DNA from: Myxococcota bacterium
GTDB lineage: Bacteria; Myxococcota_A; UBA796; CAJQPC01
Length of the DNA stretch: 55,016 bases
Assembly (NCBI GenBank): GCA_036012755.1
Contig: DASCPX010000072.1
Location: forward strand, 1 to 55,016
Direction: 5' to 3'
The notes beneath the pieces were generated by a model. The model saw only the letters and a list, made by a program, of their open reading frames with translations. It had not been told where the DNA came from and did no database searches. Shown in pieces: positions 45,987 through 55,016 of the stretch. A program made the position numbers and the translations under genes. Numbering within the stretch: the first letter of the stretch is position 1; each line of letters starts with the position of its first letter.

Positions 45987-47368
45987 TCGTCCCGCTCCTG
46001 GCCTGCGCGGTGCCGGGCGCCCAGCCCAACCTCGTCCTGGTGAGCATCGACGGTCTCCGGATGGACCGGACGAGCCTCGGCGCCGAGCGCGACACGACGC
46101 CGAACCTCGCCCGTCACGCGGCAGAGGGCCTCGTCTTCAACAGCGCTTTTTCCGCCAGCAACGAGTCGGCCCTGTCCCACGGTGTGCTGTTGACCGGCCG
46201 CTACGTGCCCGAGATCGCGGTCCCGGACTACACCACCTTCATCCTCCCGGAGGGGCTGACCACGCTGCCCGAGGCGCTCCAGCAGGTCGGCTACGAGACC
46301 GCTGGGATCCTCGCTGGTGGACACCTGCGCTCGACCTTCGGCTTCGGCCAGGGCTGGGACCACTTCGTCGAGGTCAGCGACTTCGGCAGCTTCCAGGAGT
46401 CAGTCCCAGAGGCCCTGAGCTGGCTCGAGATGCGCGACAGCCCGGAGCCCTTCTTCCTGATGGTCCACGGCTACGATCTCCACCGGCCCTACGCCAAGAC
46501 CGGGCCCTTCTTCCATGCCTTCGGCGGCGACTACGAGGGACCGATGTGCGCGCTGGCCTCAGAGCGAAACGAGACCGAGCGCATCTTCCGTGGTGTGCTC
46601 TACCCGGAACACGAGCGCCCGACCGTGCGACATGCCTCCGGCGCCGAGATGAGCGACCCCCGTCAGTACGCCGCCGGCCTCGAGCGGACCGAGGGCGGCA
46701 CGCCCCTGTCCTCGGCGGACCTCGAGCACATGCGCGACCACTATGACGGAGGCGCTCTTGCCGCGGACTTCTACCTGGGCGTCCTGCTCGACAGTCTGCC
46801 CGAGAACACCGTCGTCATCGTCACGAGCGACCACGGCGAGGACCTCCAGGACCACGGGGTGAGCAACCACCGCGCCGTGCTGCATGACAGCACCACCCAC
46901 GTCCCCTTCGTGATCCTCGGAGCGGGCCAGGGACAGCGCGACGACCTCGTCAGCGCCACGGACGTCGTGCCGACGATGATGGCGCTGGCCGGGTCGACGC
47001 CTCCAGCTGGCGCTCGCGGCCTCGACCTGCTCGCGGAAGCTCGCGACGATGGCCTCTTTCAGCAGGGGGTGATGGGACAGAGCGCCATGCGCTCCACCAC
47101 CCACCGCCTGCTCTTCGAGGGTCTCGAGCTGGACGATCCCCAGTACCTGCGCGTCGCCTACGAGTCCGACATCGGAGACCACTTCCGCCTCTACGACCTC
47201 CGCACCGACCCCGATGAGCAGCTCGATGTGCTCGCCGAGCAGCCGGCCATCGCCCGGGCGCTGCGAGAGGAGCTCGTCGAGGTCCTCGCGTCCCTTGCCT
47301 GGAGCGACGCGGCGAGGGCGCCCACGCCAGAGGTGATCGAGGCCATGCGAGCTCGCGGCTACTGGTAG
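45983..47368 (+). CDS. Sulfatase-fold lipoprotein, NESxxSH type
   Basis: PNLVLVSIDG, ASNESALSHG, HGYDLHRPY, SDHGE, LYDLRTDPDE, MRARGYW. Confidence 0.85.
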   Translation: MIVPLLACAVPGAQPNLVLVSIDGLRMDRTSLGAERDTTPNLARHAAEGLVFNSAFSASNESALSHGVLLTGRYVPEIAVPDYTTFILPEGLTTLPEALQQVGYETAGILAGGHLRSTFGFGQGWDHFVEVSDFGSFQESVPEALSWLEMRDSPEPFFLMVHGYDLHRPYAKTGPFFHAFGGDYEGPMCALASERNETERIFRGVLYPEHERPTVRHASGAEMSDPRQYAAGLERTEGGTPLSSADLEHMRDHYDGGALAADFYLGVLLDSLPENTVVIVTSDHGEDLQDHGVSNHRAVLHDSTTHVPFVILGAGQGQRDDLVSATDVVPTMMALAGSTPPAGARGLDLLAEARDDGLFQQGVMGQSAMRSTTHRLLFEGLELDDPQYLRVAYESDIGDHFRLYDLRTDPDEQLDVLAEQPAIARALREELVEVLASLAWSDAARAPTPEVIEAMRARGYW

Positions 47369-47379
47369 CGTGGCGGTCG

Positions 47380-48381
47380 ATGTTGCTCGCCCTCCTTGGC
47401 TGCTCTGCGCTGAGCCAACGCTACGCGGCCTCGAATCTGGAGCCCGGGACCACCATGTTCGGGCTTAGCTACCCGGCCAATGCCCAGCAGATCCTCCATG
47501 TCGACGTCAAGGGCGAGGTCCTCTGGTCCTACACGCTCCCCTACGGGGTCTTCATGCAACAGGGCCAGCTCGGGCCGTCGATGTTGATGGACGTCGAGCC
47601 CCTCGAGTCAGGGAACGTGCTCTTCACCGTGTTCCCAGGTGGCGTCTACGAGGTCGACCGGGAGGGCCGCATCGTCTGGTACTACCTCGACGATGTCGCC
47701 AGTCACGACTCTGACCGGCTCGACAACGGAAACACGCTGATCGCTCGCACCTGGGCGAAGAAGGGCGACTTCCAGGTCATAGAGGTCGACGCTGACAGGA
47801 AGGTCGTGTGGGGCTGGGTCGGTGCTGGCTTCGGCGAGGACGAGCGCTTCGTCTCGATCTCCGACGAGGGCGACGCGTGGATGCACATCACCAACGTCGA
47901 TCGCACGCCCGAGGGGCTGACACGGGTCTGCGTCCGCAACTTCAACGCAATCGTCACCATCTCCCCGGAGGGCGAGGTCGTCGACGAGTTCTTCCTCCAG
48001 ACCCTCCCCAAGACCACGGTGGCCGAGACCACGGGCACCCTCGTCGGTGAGCGCCCTCACGCGGCCGAGTGGCTCGACGACGGACGCTTCTTGCTGGCGA
48101 CGCGGCGCCCGGACAAGATCGTCGAGATCGGTGATGGAGAGGTGACCTGGAGGTTCAAGGACCCGACCGTCGCCAGTGTTCGGGACCTCGATCGGCTGCC
48201 AGGCGGCAACACCTTGATCGCGGCCAGGGATCGCATCATCGAGGTCGACCCGGGCGGCACGGTCCTGTGGCAGTGGACGATCCCGAATCCACCTGATTGG
48301 ACCGTCTCCTGGAACCAGCTGCATCCGCTGATGAGCGTCACCCGCGTCGCGCCGGATGGGACCTTTGTGGACCGGGACTGA
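47380..48381 (+). CDS. Arylsulfotransferase (ASST)-like beta-propeller lipoprotein
   Basis: SHDSDRLDNGNTLI, WMHITNVD, VRNFNAI, RPHAAE, RDLDRLPGGNTLI; MLLALLGC. Confidence 0.65.
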   Translation: MLLALLGCSALSQRYAASNLEPGTTMFGLSYPANAQQILHVDVKGEVLWSYTLPYGVFMQQGQLGPSMLMDVEPLESGNVLFTVFPGGVYEVDREGRIVWYYLDDVASHDSDRLDNGNTLIARTWAKKGDFQVIEVDADRKVVWGWVGAGFGEDERFVSISDEGDAWMHITNVDRTPEGLTRVCVRNFNAIVTISPEGEVVDEFFLQTLPKTTVAETTGTLVGERPHAAEWLDDGRFLLATRRPDKIVEIGDGEVTWRFKDPTVASVRDLDRLPGGNTLIAARDRIIEVDPGGTVLWQWTIPNPPDWTVSWNQLHPLMSVTRVAPDGTFVDRD

Positions 48382-48404
48382 GCTGACCGTATAAGCCCCC
48401 CGCC

Positions 48405-50060
48405 ATGTGCGGAATCCTGGCAGTCATCGACCCGGCCGACCCCCTCGCAGATCGAGCCTCCATCCTCGAACACCGACGCCTGCTGCGGCATCGCGGGCCC
48501 GACTGGAGCGGCGTCTGGACGGGCGCCCGCGCGGTGCTGGCCCACGAGCGCCTCGCCATCGTCGATCCCGAGTCCGGAGAGCAGCCCTTGACCCACGGCG
48601 AGTTGGCCCTGGCCGCCAACGGGGAGATCTACAACCACGCGGCGCTGCGCAAGGCCGGCCACCCCTACAAGACCGGCAGCGACTGCGAGGTCATCCTCTC
48701 CCTCTACGAGGACGAGGGCGCCGAGCTCGTCCATCGACTCGATGGTCAGTGGGCCTTCGTGCTCGTTGACGACGCCACAGGCGACTTCGTCGCTGCTCGG
48801 GACCCCATCGGCGTGGTGCCGCTCTATGTCGGCACCGGCCGCGACGGCGCCACCTGGTTCGCCTCCGAGATGAAGGCCCTGGCAGGTGTCTGCACCTCCT
48901 GGAAGGTCTTCCCTCCGGGCCACGTGATGACCCGCGAGGGACTGCGCCGCTGGTACGAGCCGGAGTGGTTCGCCGACGAGGTCCCGACCCGCCCCCTGGA
49001 CCCGGCGCGCTTGCGCGCGGCCCTCGAGGACGCAGTGGTGAAGCGGCTGATGTCGGACGTGCCCTGGGGCGTGCTGCTGAGCGGCGGGCTCGACTCCTCG
49101 CTCGTGAGCGCCATCACAGCGGTCCACGCAGCGCGCCGCGTCGAGGACGACGAGCAGTCAGCTGCCTGGTGGCCCCGTCTGCACTCCTTCTCGATCGGGC
49201 TGGAGGGCTCTCCGGACCTGGCGGCGGCGGCGAAGGTGGCGGAGCACCTCGGCACCGTGCATCACCCCTTCACCTACACCATCGCCGACGGCATCGACGC
49301 GCTCTCGGACGTCATCTGGCACCTCGAGACCTACGACGTGACCTCGATCCGGGCCTCTACTCCGATGTACCTGATGGCCCGCAAGATCCGGGCGATGGGC
49401 ATCAAGATGGTGCTCTCGGGAGAGGGCGCCGACGAGATCTTCGGCGGCTACCTGTACTTCCACAAGGCGCCAGACGCCGCCGAGCTCCACCACGAGTGCG
49501 TGCGCAAGCTGCAGACGCTCCACCTCTATGACTGCCTGCGCGCCAACAAGTCGATGATGGCCTGGGGTGTCGAGACCCGGGTTCCGTTCCTGGACAAGGG
49601 CTTCCTGGCCGAGACCCTGAGCTTCGACCCGACCGCCAAGATGTCCACCACCCACCCGGACGGGCCACGCATGGAGAAGCACCTGCTGCGCGCTGCCTTC
49701 GATGACGAGGTGGCCCTGCTGCCCGATGAGGTGCTGTGGCGCCAGAAGGAGCAGTTCAGCGACGGCGTCGGCTACGGCTGGATCGACTCGCTGAAGGCTC
49801 ACTCAGAGGCGCAGGTCAGCGACACCCAGCTGGCCGAGGCCGCCGAGCGCTTCCCCTACAACCCGCCGGCGAACAAGGAGGCCTACTGCTACAGGCAGAT
49901 CTTCGACCGCCACTTCCCCCAGGCCTGCTCGGCTCGGACGGTGCCCGGCGGGCCCTCGATCGCCTGCTCGACGCCGGTGGCCATCCAGTGGGACGAGGCC
50001 TTCTCCAAGATGGCGGATCCCAGCGGCAGGGCCGTGGGTGTCCACGTGGACAGCTACTGA
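48405..50060 (+). CDS. asnB: Asparagine synthetase B (glutamine-hydrolysing)
   Basis: MCGI, HRGPD, HERLAIVD, NGEIYN, LLSGGLDSS, SGEGADE, WRQKEQFSDGVG. Confidence 0.96.
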   Translation: MCGILAVIDPADPLADRASILEHRRLLRHRGPDWSGVWTGARAVLAHERLAIVDPESGEQPLTHGELALAANGEIYNHAALRKAGHPYKTGSDCEVILSLYEDEGAELVHRLDGQWAFVLVDDATGDFVAARDPIGVVPLYVGTGRDGATWFASEMKALAGVCTSWKVFPPGHVMTREGLRRWYEPEWFADEVPTRPLDPARLRAALEDAVVKRLMSDVPWGVLLSGGLDSSLVSAITAVHAARRVEDDEQSAAWWPRLHSFSIGLEGSPDLAAAAKVAEHLGTVHHPFTYTIADGIDALSDVIWHLETYDVTSIRASTPMYLMARKIRAMGIKMVLSGEGADEIFGGYLYFHKAPDAAELHHECVRKLQTLHLYDCLRANKSMMAWGVETRVPFLDKGFLAETLSFDPTAKMSTTHPDGPRMEKHLLRAAFDDEVALLPDEVLWRQKEQFSDGVGYGWIDSLKAHSEAQVSDTQLAEAAERFPYNPPANKEAYCYRQIFDRHFPQACSARTVPGGPSIACSTPVAIQWDEAFSKMADPSGRAVGVHVDSY

Positions 50061-50065
50061 GGCGC

Positions 50066-53942
<3,877 letters not shown>

Positions 53943-54102
53943 GGAACACTCGCAATCGAAAGGTCGGAGGCGCGTGTTCTATCAGATTCGGGAGCCTTTC
54001 GAGGCCTCAGTCGATGCCGAGCCCGGTCAAGCGTGACCCACGGAGGATTCTCCGACTCAGAACTGCTCTTCTTCCGATCGCCATCGTAGGTAGGATCCGA
54101 CG

Positions 54103-55016
54103 GTGCTCACGGTCCTCTCCATGGGCGTCGCGTTTGCTGAGGGTTGCCCCCGAAGGCCCTTGGCGATTCGGCAGGTCCTACCGCCCGACGGTACCGTCGA
54201 TGTCCCGCTGGACACGCGCCTGGTCATCCCGACCATCGGCTACGGGACCGTCGAGGACTTCGACGTCGTCCTGAGCTCGGACAGCGGCCAGGTCGAGCTC
54301 GAACAGCGGAGCTGGTGCTACGAACACGAAGGGCCTGACGAGCTGCACTGCTGGCAGGCGCTGAAGCCCGTCGGCGACCTGGCTGCGGAGACCAGCTTCG
54401 AGATCGTCGTCACCAACACCGAGAGCTGGACGGGGGATGGCGTGATCAGCCGGCGCAGCCAGTTCACGACGGGCAGCGAACACCACGGGGCCCTCGAGGG
54501 ACGGCCGTCTGGAGGCGTCGACGAGGCGTGGACACAGCACGGCCTGGTCTGCGCCTGGCCCCAGACCCGCCGATACTGGATGACCTTCACAGAGGTGCCC
54601 GACTCCAGCGGACTGGGGCTCCTTCACTTCATGCACCTGCCCGAGGGGGGCGACCCGGTTCTCGTCCACACGCTCTACCTCGACGGCAGCACCTCGGGGG
54701 CGCCCGTCAAGCAGTACCTGGACGCGCGCCAGGATCCGAGCGATTGCTTCCAACTCGTCCAGGAGGACGGGTCGGGGAGTTGGAGCGAGCCCTCGGAGAC
54801 CTTCTGCTGGACCCAGCCCGAGCAGCCAGGTGACACCGGGGACTCCACTGGGGACTCCACCGGGGCCATCGACTCCGAGCCACCCGCTCCCCGCGACAGG
54901 CGGCAGCCCTACACCCCTGGCTGCGGGTGCGTGACGGGCATCAGCGGGGCTCTTCTGCTGCTAGCGCGTCGACTACGCGGACGACCACCCACTCCATCGC
55001 GTCGCTCGTCGGTCTG
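54103..55016 (+). CDS. Secreted protein with MYXO-CTERM-like C-terminal tail (3' end at or beyond window edge)
   Basis: GTG 54103 follows a TAGGAT -10-like hexamer; VLTVLSMGVAFA signal; open frame to the edge ending GDTGDSTG...GCGCVTGISGALLLLARRLR. Confidence 0.7.
   Translation, partial: MLTVLSMGVAFAEGCPRRPLAIRQVLPPDGTVDVPLDTRLVIPTIGYGTVEDFDVVLSSDSGQVELEQRSWCYEHEGPDELHCWQALKPVGDLAAETSFEIVVTNTESWTGDGVISRRSQFTTGSEHHGALEGRPSGGVDEAWTQHGLVCAWPQTRRYWMTFTEVPDSSGLGLLHFMHLPEGGDPVLVHTLYLDGSTSGAPVKQYLDARQDPSDCFQLVQEDGSGSWSEPSETFCWTQPEQPGDTGDSTGDSTGAIDSEPPAPRDRRQPYTPGCGCVTGISGALLLLARRLRGRPPTPSRRSSV

Noticed and set aside
48405..50060. asnB as a tailoring amidotransferase of the sulfation cluster
   Set aside because: The sequence looks like canonical housekeeping AsnB and has its own -10-like element; membership is unsupported.
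29430..50065. Calling the central block a mobile element
   Set aside because: No integrase, transposase, flanking direct repeat or obvious composition shift was seen.
53943..54102. Possible riboswitch upstream of the pyrimidine operon
   Set aside because: Only a weak hairpin (GAACAC/GTGTTC); no recognisable aptamer or terminator.

Overview
High-GC bacterial DNA, about 51 densely packed genes, most consistent with an uncultured Myxococcota-like Gram-negative lineage (inferred from the lipoprotein load, MopE-type Cys/Asp motifs and a MYXO-CTERM-like tail). From left to right: the 3' end of an IS256-family element next to tRNA-Asn(GTT); secreted hydrolases with a TetR regulon; an operon of HlyD-like adaptor, VTC polyphosphate-polymerase domain, DUF4956, beta-helix, lamin-tail protein and three CotH kinases; a reductive pyrimidine catabolism pathway split into two halves (21.5-29.4 kb and 50.1-53.9 kb); and, between those halves, a 17 kb cluster (31.1-48.4 kb). 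That cluster holds four sulfatase-fold proteins lacking the formylglycine motif, two cytoplasmic sulfotransferases, an arylsulfotransferase-like lipoprotein, four membrane-anchored EF-hand proteins, tiny membrane proteins and an EamA/DMT transporter fused to an SPFH domain followed by HflC/HflK-like genes. It is the best candidate for an undescribed system, with the VTC-CotH operon second. Window-wide oddities are ultra-short signal peptides without an n-region and leaderless, often back-to-back, promoters. All family calls come from motif recognition by eye; no database searches were run.
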